DNA of 64,000 nt from Janthinobacterium lividum (GTDB lineage Bacteria; Pseudomonadota; Alphaproteobacteria; Sphingomonadales; Sphingomonadaceae), in assembly GCA_050955125.1 (NCBI GenBank), contig JBPBQW010000110.1:1441-65440 (forward strand). Direction: 5' to 3'. The translations under genes were made by a program, and so were the position numbers. Below are positions 12,385 to 21,950 of the stretch, piece after piece (positions within the stretch are counted from its first letter, which is position 1; each line of letters begins with the position of its first letter). A model generated the notes under the pieces. It made no database searches. It saw nothing but the letters and a program-made list of their open reading frames with translations, and was not told where the DNA came from.

Positions 12385-12870
12385 TCAGCTTTCCTCCTTC
12401 TCCTCCGCTGCCGGCGCGGCGGTGGGCGCGCACGGCACCCGGCGCGCAGGCTTGCGCTTGACGGCCGTGGTGGCGAACTCGGCGGCAGTCAGCGTGCCCG
12501 TTTTGTCGGCGTCCGCGCCCGCGAACTTGGTTTCCGCCTTTATCGCCCATTCGTCGAACGACAGCTTGCCGTCATGGTCGACGTCGAGTTTCGCGAACGC
12601 CTTGCGCCGCGCGGCGAGATATTCCTCGCGCGTCACCGTGCCGTTGCGGTCCTTGTCGTAGCGGTCGAAGCGTTTCTGCTCGCGGGTACGCTCGCTGGCG
12701 GCGGGGACGGTGGCGGGCAAGGGTTCCGCCGCCTGTCCGCCGCCCAGCGCCGCGAGCGCGGCCGGGGCGGCGGGCAGCACCGCGACGCTGCGCGCGCCCT
12801 TGTTCATCGCCAGCATCACCGCCGCCACCATCAGCAGCGCCGCCACGCCGCCCACCAGATACCGCCACAT
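12385..12870 (-). CDS. membrane-anchored EF-hand calcium-binding protein
   Basis: N-terminal TM helix, then three EF-hand loops: DKDRNGTVTREE, DVDHDGKLSFDE, DADKTGTLTAAE. Confidence 0.8.
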   Translation of the reverse strand: MWRYLVGGVAALLMVAAVMLAMNKGARSVAVLPAAPAALAALGGGQAAEPLPATVPAASERTREQKRFDRYDKDRNGTVTREEYLAARRKAFAKLDVDHDGKLSFDEWAIKAETKFAGADADKTGTLTAAEFATTAVKRKPARRVPCAPTAAPAAEEKEES

Positions 12871-12915
12871 CCGCGCCGCTCCCCCGCTTCCGCCCAGCGG
12901 GGAAGCTAACGGGCG

Positions 12916-13611
12916 CTACCGACCGGTCAACCGGTGGCGCAGCAATCGCGCGACGCGGCGGGGCGATCCGACCGGCATCCCGGGATCGGCCAGGTCCATT
13001 CGTGCGCCATGCGCCATCGCGCCGAGCGCGCGCGCGGCCCGGCTCCACCGCACGCCCGTCGCCGCCGCCAGCCGGTCGCGGCCGAGCGCGGCGGCGGCGG
13101 CGCGCTCGGTGCCGTCGCCGACGTGCGCCACCAGGTCCGCGAGCGCCCAACCCTCGCCGCCCGTCGCCAGCGGATCGCCGGGCGCCGAGCCCAGCGCCAC
13201 GCCCGCCGCCGCGAACAGCGCTCCACCCCGCCCCGCGGCATAGGCGGCGAGGCGAGCCTCATCGAGCGGCTCGGCGTCGAGCAGCATCTCCCAGCCGTCG
13301 ATCATCCCGGCCAGGCGCAGGCCGCTTACCCCACGGGGCAGCGCGTCGCGGGCCAGCGCGGTCAGCACCGGCTGCGCGGGCACCACCCCTTCGTCGAGCG
13401 CGGTCAGCGCGCCGTGCCACCACGTCAGCCGCATCTGCCCGATCATCGGCTCGCGCGCCGCGCGCACGATGGCCGCCAGCGCATCGTCGAGCGCGAGCAC
13501 CGCCGCCAGCGCCGCACGAGCCGCCGCAGGCGCATAGCTCAGCACCAGCGCGCGCTCGGGCGACGCGTCCGGGCGGGCAGCCGGAGTCAGAGTTTCGTTA
13601 ACCATGTGCAT
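12916..13611 (-). CDS. squalene/phytoene synthase-like family protein (functional call tentative)
   Basis: 231-aa Ala-rich helical protein with LALDDALAAIV...MIGQMRLTWWHGAL. This resembles the short alphaproteobacterial squalene/phytoene synthase-family proteins. The frame is supported by third-position GC. Confidence 0.55.
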   Translation of the reverse strand: MHMVNETLTPAARPDASPERALVLSYAPAAARAALAAVLALDDALAAIVRAAREPMIGQMRLTWWHGALTALDEGVVPAQPVLTALARDALPRGVSGLRLAGMIDGWEMLLDAEPLDEARLAAYAAGRGGALFAAAGVALGSAPGDPLATGGEGWALADLVAHVGDGTERAAAAALGRDRLAAATGVRWSRAARALGAMAHGARMDLADPGMPVGSPRRVARLLRHRLTGR

Positions 13612-13681
13612 TGGCCAGCCATTAGGCCGTCGCCGCTACCACCACCGCCAGGCACAATCGAGGTGGGAAGCGTCGAGCGAC

Positions 13682-15700
13682 ATGGGGTGGTTGAGGTTCA
13701 GATCGGCACACGACGGCGGAACGGCGCGCGGCGACCGCGCAGCCGGCGCTCCGCGCGGCGCGATCGGCTTCCTCGCGCGCCTGCGCCGCGACGTCGCGGG
13801 TAACACGCTGGCGATCATGGGCGCCGCGCTGGTCCCGCTGATCGGCTTCACCGGCTCCGCGGTCGACATGGCACGGCTGTACGTCGTGCGGGTGCGGTTG
13901 CAGCAATCGTGCGACGCGGGCGTGCTGGCGGGTCGCCATGCGATGTCCGACACCAGCTGGCCGTCGAACGCCAGCGCGGACCAGACGACCGCGCCGCTCG
14001 ACCCGGTGGCGGACGGACAGGCGCAGCAGTTCTTCAAGAACAACTTCCAGAGCGGCTGGTTTCAAGCCGCCAACCCGGTGTTCACCGCGTCCAAGACGCG
14101 ACAGGGCACGTCCGCCGTCGCCAACGCGGCTTATGGCGTGGCGACGGTGACGGTGCCGATGGTATTGATGAACTATTTCGGTGCACCGGCGGTGCCGCTG
14201 AAGGTGACGTGTCAGGCGGTATACGATCTGGCGGACACGGACGTGATGTTCGTACTCGACACGACGGGATCGATGTCCTGCTATCCCAGCGACCCCACCA
14301 ACTGTGCGAACGGACCCGCGACGGCGTTCCAGCGTACCGACAGCACGACGGGCTATTACGATCCCGAAAAGCCGCCGACCCAGGTCGCCGGCAGCACGAT
14401 GTATTCCAAGATCGAGTCGCTGCGCCGCGCGGTGCTGCTGTTCGACAGCACGATGCGGGCGAACGCCGATCCGTCGACCCACTTCCGCTATGGTTTCGCA
14501 CCGTACAACTCGGCGATGAACATCGGCGCCTCGATCCCGCCGCAGTATATCCAGAACACCAACTGGACGTACCAGAGCCGGCAGGTGAACCGCGACTATA
14601 ATTATGGGTCGGCTGCCAGTGCGACGCTGACCAACGTACCCAAGGCGAACTGTGTCACGCAGCGCTACCCCGCGACAGGTTATGCGACGAGCGGCCCGAC
14701 GTGGAACACCAGCTACTATCAGGCGGTGAACTATTATAATCTGACCTGGACCGCCTCCAATGGCGGCACCTGCTCGGGTACGCAGCAACCACTTCGTCCG
14801 GTCTGGCGCTATCAGCCCTATCAGCTCGACACGAGCGCCTATGTGCGCAGCCTGTCGCTGTCGAACCCCGCGGTCGCAAACCCCAGCCGGCTGGACGGCA
14901 GCACGGCACGGTGGCGCGGGTGCGTCGAGGAACTCAACACCACCACGGCGTCCTCGTTCGACGTGTCGAACCTGCCGCCCGACCTCGACCCCGACGTGAT
15001 CCCGACCGATCCCACCAATCTGTGGCGGCCGATGTGGGCCGACGCCGTCTGGCTGCGCAACTCGACCGCGGTTCAGGACGTGAACGACGATCAGGTCAGC
15101 GAGACCAACATCAATCAATATACCGATATCGCCTATCGCGCGGGGGATCCCTACGATCAGAGCGGCGCGGCGACCTGCGGCATGGCGGCGCAGCGGCTCG
15201 GCACGATGACCGCGCAAGCCGTGCACGATTACGTGTACAACAACGATTTCCGCGCTTTCGGCGGCACTTATCACGACGTCGGCATGGCGTGGGGCAACCG
15301 GATGCTGTCCGCCAAGGGCATCTTCGCGGCCGACACCGCCGCCTGGCCGGGCCGCAACCCACCGTCGCGATCGATCGTGTTCATGACCGACGGCACGATG
15401 TCGCCGGGCGAGACGATCTATGGTCAGACGGGTGTCGAGGCGCTCGACCAGCGGGTGACCGGCGACGGCTCGGCGACGACCGACTACAACAACCACACCG
15501 CGCGGTTCCGGATCGAGTGCGATGCGGCAAAGGCGCGCGGCACCACCATCTACGTCGTCGCGCTCGGCACCAGCCTGACGCCCGACCTCAACTATTGCGC
15601 CTCGCCCGGCCAGGCGTTCACCGCCACCAGCACCGATCAGCTGACCGCCGCCTTCGCCAGCATCGCCACCCGTGTCGCCAAGCTCAGGATCAGCCAGTGA
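13682..15700 (+). CDS. TadG-like pilus-assembly/pseudopilin-type protein with C-terminal vWA domain
   Basis: Tad N-terminal motif AGNTLAIMGAALVPLIGFTGSAVDMARLY. vWA/MIDAS-like stretches are DVMFVLDTTGSMS, IVFMTDGT and TIYVVALG. Confidence 0.8.
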   Translation: MGWLRFRSAHDGGTARGDRAAGAPRGAIGFLARLRRDVAGNTLAIMGAALVPLIGFTGSAVDMARLYVVRVRLQQSCDAGVLAGRHAMSDTSWPSNASADQTTAPLDPVADGQAQQFFKNNFQSGWFQAANPVFTASKTRQGTSAVANAAYGVATVTVPMVLMNYFGAPAVPLKVTCQAVYDLADTDVMFVLDTTGSMSCYPSDPTNCANGPATAFQRTDSTTGYYDPEKPPTQVAGSTMYSKIESLRRAVLLFDSTMRANADPSTHFRYGFAPYNSAMNIGASIPPQYIQNTNWTYQSRQVNRDYNYGSAASATLTNVPKANCVTQRYPATGYATSGPTWNTSYYQAVNYYNLTWTASNGGTCSGTQQPLRPVWRYQPYQLDTSAYVRSLSLSNPAVANPSRLDGSTARWRGCVEELNTTTASSFDVSNLPPDLDPDVIPTDPTNLWRPMWADAVWLRNSTAVQDVNDDQVSETNINQYTDIAYRAGDPYDQSGAATCGMAAQRLGTMTAQAVHDYVYNNDFRAFGGTYHDVGMAWGNRMLSAKGIFAADTAAWPGRNPPSRSIVFMTDGTMSPGETIYGQTGVEALDQRVTGDGSATTDYNNHTARFRIECDAAKARGTTIYVVALGTSLTPDLNYCASPGQAFTATSTDQLTAAFASIATRVAKLRISQ

Positions 15701-16302
15701 TCGCCGCGCCCGCCCGTCTCGTCCGGCGCCTCGCGCGCGATGCGCGCGGGCTGGCGGTCATCGAGTTCGCGATGGTCGTGCCCGTGATGCTGCTCGTCAT
15801 CATGAGTCTCGGCGAGTTGACCTATCAGGGCTATGTCCAGTCGGTCCTGACCGGCGCGGTCCAGAAGGCGGGGCGCGATTCGACGATTCAGGGCGCGGGT
15901 ACGCAAACGGGCCAGATCGACACGGTCGTGATGCAGCAGGTGCTGCAGATCGCCAAGAACGCGACCTACGATTCCAAACGGTCGAGCTACTCCAACTTTA
16001 GCGCCGTCGGGCCGGAGCCGTTCGTCGACACCAACAACAACGGTGTCTACGACGCCAAGTCCGACTGCTTCACCGACATCAACGGCAACAGCACCTGGGA
16101 CGCCGATCCCGGCACGTCCGGCCAGGGCAGCGCGAACGACGTGACCGTGTACACGATCCACGTCTATTATCCGCGCCTGTTCCCGATCGCGACGATGATC
16201 GGCCTGTCCCCCACCGCGACGCTGACGGGGATGACCGTGCTGAAGAACCAGCCCTGGGCGACGCAGAGCGCCTTCACCCCCAAACAGGTCTGTCCCAAGT
16301 GA
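15697..16302 (+). CDS. TadE-like protein
   Basis: The GTG start overlaps the upstream stop (GTGA). The N-terminal TadE motif is ARGLAVIEFAMVVPVMLLVIMSLGE. Confidence 0.8.
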   Translation: MIAAPARLVRRLARDARGLAVIEFAMVVPVMLLVIMSLGELTYQGYVQSVLTGAVQKAGRDSTIQGAGTQTGQIDTVVMQQVLQIAKNATYDSKRSSYSNFSAVGPEPFVDTNNNGVYDAKSDCFTDINGNSTWDADPGTSGQGSANDVTVYTIHVYYPRLFPIATMIGLSPTATLTGMTVLKNQPWATQSAFTPKQVCPK

Positions 16303-17051
16303 ACGCCCTCCCGTCCGCCGCGCGCGCGCGTCACCAGATGACCGCGACGCTCGCCCGTCTCGCGCGCGACCGCTCGGGCACCTCGCTGCTCGAGTTCGCG
16401 CTGACGCTGCCGCTGGTCATGGCGGTCGGCTGCTGGGGTATCGAGCTGTCGAACTTCGCGATCTGCAACCTGCGGGTCAGCCAGTACGCGCTGAACCTCG
16501 CCGACAACGCGTCGCGCGTCGGCCTCGACAACAACGGCGGCGTGACGACGCTGCGCGAAACGGACGTCAACGACGTGCTGCAAGGCTCGAAGCTGGAAGG
16601 CGCCGCACTCGCGCTGACCACGAACGGCCGGATCACGCTGACCAGCCTCGAGAACGTGCAGCGGAGCTTTTCCGACGGGACGTCCGACCTCATCCCCCTT
16701 CAACGCGTCCATTGGCAACGCTGCCTCGGCGCGATGAGCGGGGCGGGGTATGATTCGACCTATCCCACCGTGCCCACGACGGCCGGGTCGGACGGCACGC
16801 GGGCGACCGCCGGCACGATCGTCCTCAACTATGGCGCGTCGGCGACGCCGATCACGGCGCCGCTCAACACCGGCGTCATGTTCGTCGAGGTGAACTATCA
16901 GTACAAGCCGCTGTTCGGCTCGATCTACCTGACTCCGCGGATCGTCCACTATGTCGCCTCGTTCATCGTGCGCGACAACCGCAGCTGGGTCCAGGTCTAC
17001 AATCCCAGTCCCGCCGCCGTCGCGTCGACATGCGACAAGCATAGCGCCTGA
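16299..17051 (+). CDS. TadE/TadF-like protein
   Basis: The GTG start overlaps the upstream stop. The TadE-like motif is GTSLLEFALTLPLVMAVGCWGIE. Confidence 0.75.
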   Translation: MNALPSAARARHQMTATLARLARDRSGTSLLEFALTLPLVMAVGCWGIELSNFAICNLRVSQYALNLADNASRVGLDNNGGVTTLRETDVNDVLQGSKLEGAALALTTNGRITLTSLENVQRSFSDGTSDLIPLQRVHWQRCLGAMSGAGYDSTYPTVPTTAGSDGTRATAGTIVLNYGASATPITAPLNTGVMFVEVNYQYKPLFGSIYLTPRIVHYVASFIVRDNRSWVQVYNPSPAAVASTCDKHSA

Positions 17052-17053
17052 CG

Positions 17054-17075
17054 GGCCTTCCCGAGCGGGAAGGCC
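17054..17075. terminator. bidirectional stem-loop
   Basis: GGCCTTCCCG-AG-CGGGAAGGCC is a perfect inverted repeat between convergent stops at 17051 and 17082. Confidence 0.65.
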
Positions 17076-17081
17076 GTGTGC

Positions 17082-18521
17082 TCAGCCGCGATAACAGACC
17101 TTCTTCACCGCGCTCACGACCTTGTCGGACGTCACCAGCGCCAGCTGCTCCAGATTGGCGGCATAGGGCATCGGCACGTCCTCGTTGGTGACGCGCAGCA
17201 CCGGCGCGTCGAGGTCGTCGAAGCCGTGCTCCATGCACAGCGTGATGATCTCCGTCGCGATGCTGCACGTCGGCCAGCCTTCCTCGACCACCACCATGCG
17301 GTTGGTCTTCTTGAGGCTGGCGAGCACCGTGTCGCGGTCGAGCGGGCGCAGCGTGCGCAGGTCGATCACCTCGGCGTCGATCCCCTCGCCCGCCAGCTTC
17401 TCCGCGGCCTCGAGCGCCAGGCCGACGCCGATCGAATAGCTGACCAGCGTCACGTCCGTGCCCTCGCGCATCACCCGCGCCTTGCCGATCGGCAGGACCC
17501 AGTCGTCGAGCTTGGGCACCTCGAACGAGCGGCCGTACAGCAGCTCGTTCTCCAGGAACACGACCGGGTCCTCGGTGCGGATCGCGGCCTTCAGCAGCCC
17601 CTTGGCATCGGCGGCGTCATAGGGCGCGATGACGATCAGGCCGGGGACGCTGGCGTACCACGGCGCGTAGTTCTGCGAATGCTGCGCCCCGACGCGGCTG
17701 GCGGCGCCGTTGGGGCCGCGGAACACCATCGGACAGCGCATCTGGCCACCCGACATGTAGTTGGTCTTGGCGGCGGAGTTCACGATGTGGTCGATCGCCT
17801 GCATCGCGAAATTGAACGTCATGAACTCGACGATCGGGCGAAGGCCGCCCATCGCCGCGCCGGTGCCGATGCCCGCGAAGCCGTATTCGGTGATCGGCGT
17901 GTCGATGACGCGGGTGTCGCCGAACTCTTCGAGCAGGCCCTGCGTCACCTTGTACGCGCCCTGATATTGCGCGACCTCCTCGCCCATCACGAAGACGCGG
18001 TCGTCGGCGCGCATCTCCTCCGCCATCGCATCGCGCAGCGCCTCGCGCAGCGTCTGGCGGACCATCTCGGTGCCTGCCGGGATCTCGGGACCCGTAACTG
18101 CGTCGTTCTTCGCGGCGTCGAACAGCTGGCGGGCGCCCGTCTCGGCCAGATGGGGCGCGGGCTGCTCGGGCGAGGCGCCCGTCACCGCCGGCGGCATGCT
18201 CTCGGCGACCTGCTCGCCGCCGCCCGTCGCCTGATCGACGGTGCCGGTCGGCCGGGCGGGAGCGGGAGCGGTGTCCTCGTCCTCCTGCGCCAGCGTCATG
18301 ATGACGGTGCCGACCTTCACGCCGTCGGTGCCCTCCGCCACCAGGATGCGGCCGACGGTGCCCTCGTCCACCGCCTCGAACTCCATCGTCGCCTTGTCGG
18401 TCTCGATCTCGGCCATCACGTCGCCGGATTTCACCGCGTCGCCCTCCTTCACCAGCCATTTGGCGAGCGTGCCCTCCTCCATCGTCGGGGACAGCGCGGG
18501 CATCTTGATCTCGATCGGCAT
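17082..18521 (-). CDS. pdhB: pyruvate dehydrogenase E1 component beta subunit with N-terminal lipoyl domain
   Basis: [28 protein letters not shown]...[13 protein letters not shown] is a lipoyl domain. It is followed by an Ala/Pro linker and the transketolase-like E1 beta core. The start at 18521 overlaps the pdhA stop (TGATG). Confidence 0.95.
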   Translation of the reverse strand: MPIEIKMPALSPTMEEGTLAKWLVKEGDAVKSGDVMAEIETDKATMEFEAVDEGTVGRILVAEGTDGVKVGTVIMTLAQEDEDTAPAPARPTGTVDQATGGGEQVAESMPPAVTGASPEQPAPHLAETGARQLFDAAKNDAVTGPEIPAGTEMVRQTLREALRDAMAEEMRADDRVFVMGEEVAQYQGAYKVTQGLLEEFGDTRVIDTPITEYGFAGIGTGAAMGGLRPIVEFMTFNFAMQAIDHIVNSAAKTNYMSGGQMRCPMVFRGPNGAASRVGAQHSQNYAPWYASVPGLIVIAPYDAADAKGLLKAAIRTEDPVVFLENELLYGRSFEVPKLDDWVLPIGKARVMREGTDVTLVSYSIGVGLALEAAEKLAGEGIDAEVIDLRTLRPLDRDTVLASLKKTNRMVVVEEGWPTCSIATEIITLCMEHGFDDLDAPVLRVTNEDVPMPYAANLEQLALVTSDKVVSAVKKVCYRG

Positions 18522-19567
18522 CAATAGGTTTCCACCAGCACGTCGGTATAGAGTTCGGCAGCGTCGGGCTCGGGCGCGGATTCGGCGAAGTCGGCCGCCT
18601 CGCTGACGGCGCGCCGCGTCTCCGCCTCGATCGTCTTGATCTGCTCGGCGGTCACGCCCTGCTCTTCCAGCATCTTCTTGACGCGATCGATCGGGTCCGA
18701 CTTGTCGCGCACCGCCTGCACTTCGTCGCGCGAGCGGTATTTCGCCGGGTCGCTCATCGAATGGCCGCGATAGCGGTACGTCTTCATCTCGAGGATGATC
18801 GGCCCCTTGCCCGCGCGCACCCAGGCCAGCGCCTCCTCGGCGGCGCCGCGGCAGGCGAGCACGTCCATGCCGTCGACCTGGATGCCCGGGATGCGGAAGC
18901 TCTCGCCGCGCTTGTACAGCTGGTCCTCCGCCGACGCGCGGTTGACGGACGTGCCCATCGCGTACTGGTTGTTCTCGATGACGTAGATGACCGGCAGCTT
19001 CCACAGCTCGGCCATGTTGAAGCTTTCGTACACCTGGCCCTGGTTCGCCGCGCCGTCGCCGAAATAGGCGAGGCACACGCCGCCGTCGCCGCGATACTTG
19101 TGCGCGAAGCCGAGCCCGGTGCCCAGCGACACCTGTGCGCCGACGATGCCGTGCCCGCCGTAGAACTTATGCTCCACGCTGAACATGTGCATCGAGCCGC
19201 CCTTGCCCTTCGAGATGCCGGCCTGGCGCCCGGTCAGCTCGGCCATCACGTCCTGCGGCGGGATCCCGCACAACAGCATGTGGCCGTGGTCGCGATATCC
19301 GGTGATGACCGAATCCTTCTCGCTCAGCGCCGACTGCAGCCCGACCGCGACCGCCTCCTGCCCGATGTACAGATGGCAGAAACCGCCGATCAGCCCCAGG
19401 CCGTACAGCTGCCCCGCCTTTTCCTCGAACCGGCGGATCAGCAGCATGTCCTTGTAGAAGGACATCAGCTCGTCGCGGGTGGCGTCGTAGGGCGTGGGGT
19501 CCGCCGGGCGTTCGCGATTGACGACGGGCGGCTCGAACGCGGGACGGACGGCGGGGCTTTTGGCCAA
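18521..19567 (-). CDS. pdhA: pyruvate dehydrogenase E1 component alpha subunit
   Basis: 348 aa with a TTG start. The TPP-binding region is [39 protein letters not shown]. Confidence 0.95.
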   Translation of the reverse strand: MAKSPAVRPAFEPPVVNRERPADPTPYDATRDELMSFYKDMLLIRRFEEKAGQLYGLGLIGGFCHLYIGQEAVAVGLQSALSEKDSVITGYRDHGHMLLCGIPPQDVMAELTGRQAGISKGKGGSMHMFSVEHKFYGGHGIVGAQVSLGTGLGFAHKYRGDGGVCLAYFGDGAANQGQVYESFNMAELWKLPVIYVIENNQYAMGTSVNRASAEDQLYKRGESFRIPGIQVDGMDVLACRGAAEEALAWVRAGKGPIILEMKTYRYRGHSMSDPAKYRSRDEVQAVRDKSDPIDRVKKMLEEQGVTAEQIKTIEAETRRAVSEAADFAESAPEPDAAELYTDVLVETY

Positions 19568-19642
19568 GGCGAGAGACCTTATCCTGGAAAGGCGCCGCTA
19601 TAGGCGCGGGGACCCGGAAAGGGCAACGGGCCGACGCGCCCG

Positions 19643-19695
19643 CGACGGGACGGGACGCGACGGGACGGGACGGGCGTGGAGGGCGGACGTCGGGG
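19643..19695 (+). repeat. 15-bp tandem duplication within a G-tract array
   Basis: CGACGGGACGGGACG occurs twice in tandem (19643-19672), followed by further GGG/GGGG runs up to 19695. It lies in the divergent pdhA/MFS intergenic region. Confidence 0.8.
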
Positions 19696-19734
19696 CGCGC
19701 GCAAAGACGGTTCCCCTGCCCGGCCCCGCCGATT

Positions 19735-21033
19735 ATGGCCGGTGCGCCCATGACGCCCATTCCCCACCCGTTCCGCATCGCCAACTTCCGCGCCTATTGG
19801 CTCGCGCGCCTCGCGATGACGCTGGCGCAGAACGGCATGATCATCGTCATCGGCTGGCAAGCCTATGCGATCGCGCGCCGCACGATGGACCAGAGCCACG
19901 CCGCCGCGCAGCTGGGGCTGATCGGACTGTGCCAGTTCCTGCCGCTGTTCCTGACGACGCCGATCACGGGGCTGGTCGCGGACCGGTTCGACCGGCGGCA
20001 CATCGTCCGCGTCACGGTGTTCCTGCAACTGCTGTGCGCGGCGGCGCTGGGCATCGCGACGTGGTCGGGGGCGATGACGCTGGGCATCGTGTTCACGGTC
20101 GCGGTGCTGCTGGGGCTCGCCCGCGCGTTCGCGGGGCCCGCGTTCGGTGCGCTCGCGCCCAATCTGGTACCCAAGGAGGTGCTGCCCACCGCGATCGCGC
20201 TGTCGTCCACCTCGTGGCAGGCGGGCGCGATCGTCGGCCCCGCGATCGGCGGCTTCGCCTATTCGGTGGCGCCGAGCGCGGCCTACATCGTCGCCAGCGT
20301 CCTGTTCGCGGTCGCGCTCGTCGCGGTGCTGCGCATCACGCCGGTGCCGCGCCCCAAGCGGCTGGAGGGCGTCCACCCGCTGCGCCAGATCGCGGATGGC
20401 CTATCGTACGTGGGGCAGAACAAGCTGGTGCTCGGCTCGATCACGCTAGACCTGTTCGCAGTGTTCCTGGCCGGGACCAGCGCGCTGCTGCCCATCTATG
20501 CCGCCGACGTCCTGCACGTCGGCGAACGCGGCCTGAGCCTGCTCGCCGCCGCGCCTGCGGTCGGCGCGGCGCTGACCGCGGTGGTGTTCTCGATCCGGCC
20601 GATGAAGACCAACGTCGGCCCCAAGATGCTGGGCGCGGTGATCATCTATGGCGCGGCGACGATCGCGTTCGGCCTGTCGACGACGATGCCGCTCAGCCTG
20701 GCCGCGCTCGCGGTCGCCGGCGCGGCGGACATGTTCTCGGTCTATATCCGCACCAGCCTCGTCCAGCTCTACACGCCGGACGCGATGCGCGGGCGCGTGG
20801 GGGCGGTGTCGCAGCTCACCATCTCGGCGTCCAACGAGCTGGGTGAGGCCGAGTCGGGCTTCCTCGCTTCCGCGCTCGGGCCGGTCGGCGCGGTGCTGGT
20901 CGGCGGCGGCGGCGCGATCGTCGTCACGGTGCTGTGGACGTTCCTGTTCCCCGCGCTGCGCCGGGCACGGACCTTCGATCCCCCGCCATCGTTGGACATG
21001 ATCGAAGTTCCGGCATTGGAGACCAAGCCATGA
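19735..21033 (+). CDS. MFS transporter
   Basis: 432 aa and about 12 predicted TM segments. The N-terminus [23 protein letters not shown] is typical of the EntS/DUF894-type MFS group. An alternative start lies at 19750. Confidence 0.85.
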   Translation: MAGAPMTPIPHPFRIANFRAYWLARLAMTLAQNGMIIVIGWQAYAIARRTMDQSHAAAQLGLIGLCQFLPLFLTTPITGLVADRFDRRHIVRVTVFLQLLCAAALGIATWSGAMTLGIVFTVAVLLGLARAFAGPAFGALAPNLVPKEVLPTAIALSSTSWQAGAIVGPAIGGFAYSVAPSAAYIVASVLFAVALVAVLRITPVPRPKRLEGVHPLRQIADGLSYVGQNKLVLGSITLDLFAVFLAGTSALLPIYAADVLHVGERGLSLLAAAPAVGAALTAVVFSIRPMKTNVGPKMLGAVIIYGAATIAFGLSTTMPLSLAALAVAGAADMFSVYIRTSLVQLYTPDAMRGRVGAVSQLTISASNELGEAESGFLASALGPVGAVLVGGGGAIVVTVLWTFLFPALRRARTFDPPPSLDMIEVPALETKP

Positions 21034-21950
21034 AGGCCGACACGATCCTCGACACGATCGGGAACACGCCCACCATCCGCGTCGCCAAGCTGTTCCCGGA
21101 CAGCGAGGTCTGGATCAAGTCCGAGCGCTCGAACCCCGGCGGCTCGATCAAGGACCGCGTCGCACTGGCGATGATCGAGGCGGCCGAAGCGGACGGGCGG
21201 CTGAAACCCGGCGGCACGATCGTCGAGCCGACCAGCGGCAACACCGGCATCGGCCTGGCGATGGTCGCGGCGGTCAAGGGCTACAGGCTGATCGTCGTGA
21301 TGCCCGAGAGCATGAGCCTCGAGCGCCGCCGGCTGATGCTCGCCTATGGCGCGACATTCGACCTCACCCCGCGCGAAAAGGGGATGAAGGGCGCGATCGA
21401 GCGCGCGATCGAGATCGTCGCCGCGACCCCTGGCGCGTGGATGGCGCAACAGTTCGAGAACCCCGCCAACATCGACGTCCACGTCCGCACGACGGCGCAG
21501 GAGATCCTGCACGACTTCGCCGACGCACCGATCGACGTCATCATCACCGGCGTCGGCACCGGCGGCCACATCACTGCCTGCGCCGAGGTACTGAAGAAGG
21601 AATGGCCGGCGCTCAAAGTGTTCGCGGTCGAGCCCGCTGCCTCGCCCGTCATCGCCGGCGGCCAACCGGGGCCGCACCCGATCCAGGGGATCGGCGCGGG
21701 CTTCATCCCCGCGAACCTGCATACCGACGCGATCGACGGGGTGATCGAGGTCGACGCCGCGGTCGCCAAGGACATGGCCCGCCGCTCGGCGCGGGAAGAG
21801 GGCATGCTGGTCGGCATCTCGTCGGGTGCGACGCTGGCGGCGATCCTGCAGAAACTGCCAGACCTGCCCGACGGCGCCCGCGTGCTCGGCTTCAACTACG
21901 ATACCGGCGAGCGATATCTGTCGGTGCCGGACTTCCTTCCGGAGGCCTGA
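21030..21950 (+). CDS. cysK: cysteine synthase A (O-acetylserine sulfhydrylase)
   Basis: Contains [15 protein letters not shown] (PLP lysine), [10 protein letters not shown] and GISSGA. Its ATGA start overlaps the MFS stop. Confidence 0.95.
   Translation: MKADTILDTIGNTPTIRVAKLFPDSEVWIKSERSNPGGSIKDRVALAMIEAAEADGRLKPGGTIVEPTSGNTGIGLAMVAAVKGYRLIVVMPESMSLERRRLMLAYGATFDLTPREKGMKGAIERAIEIVAATPGAWMAQQFENPANIDVHVRTTAQEILHDFADAPIDVIITGVGTGGHITACAEVLKKEWPALKVFAVEPAASPVIAGGQPGPHPIQGIGAGFIPANLHTDAIDGVIEVDAAVAKDMARRSAREEGMLVGISSGATLAAILQKLPDLPDGARVLGFNYDTGERYLSVPDFLPEA

Noticed and set aside
13622-15496. 624-aa minus-strand ORF
   Set aside because: It is antisense to the TadG/vWA gene. The plus frame carries the Tad N-terminal motif and MIDAS-like vWA blocks.
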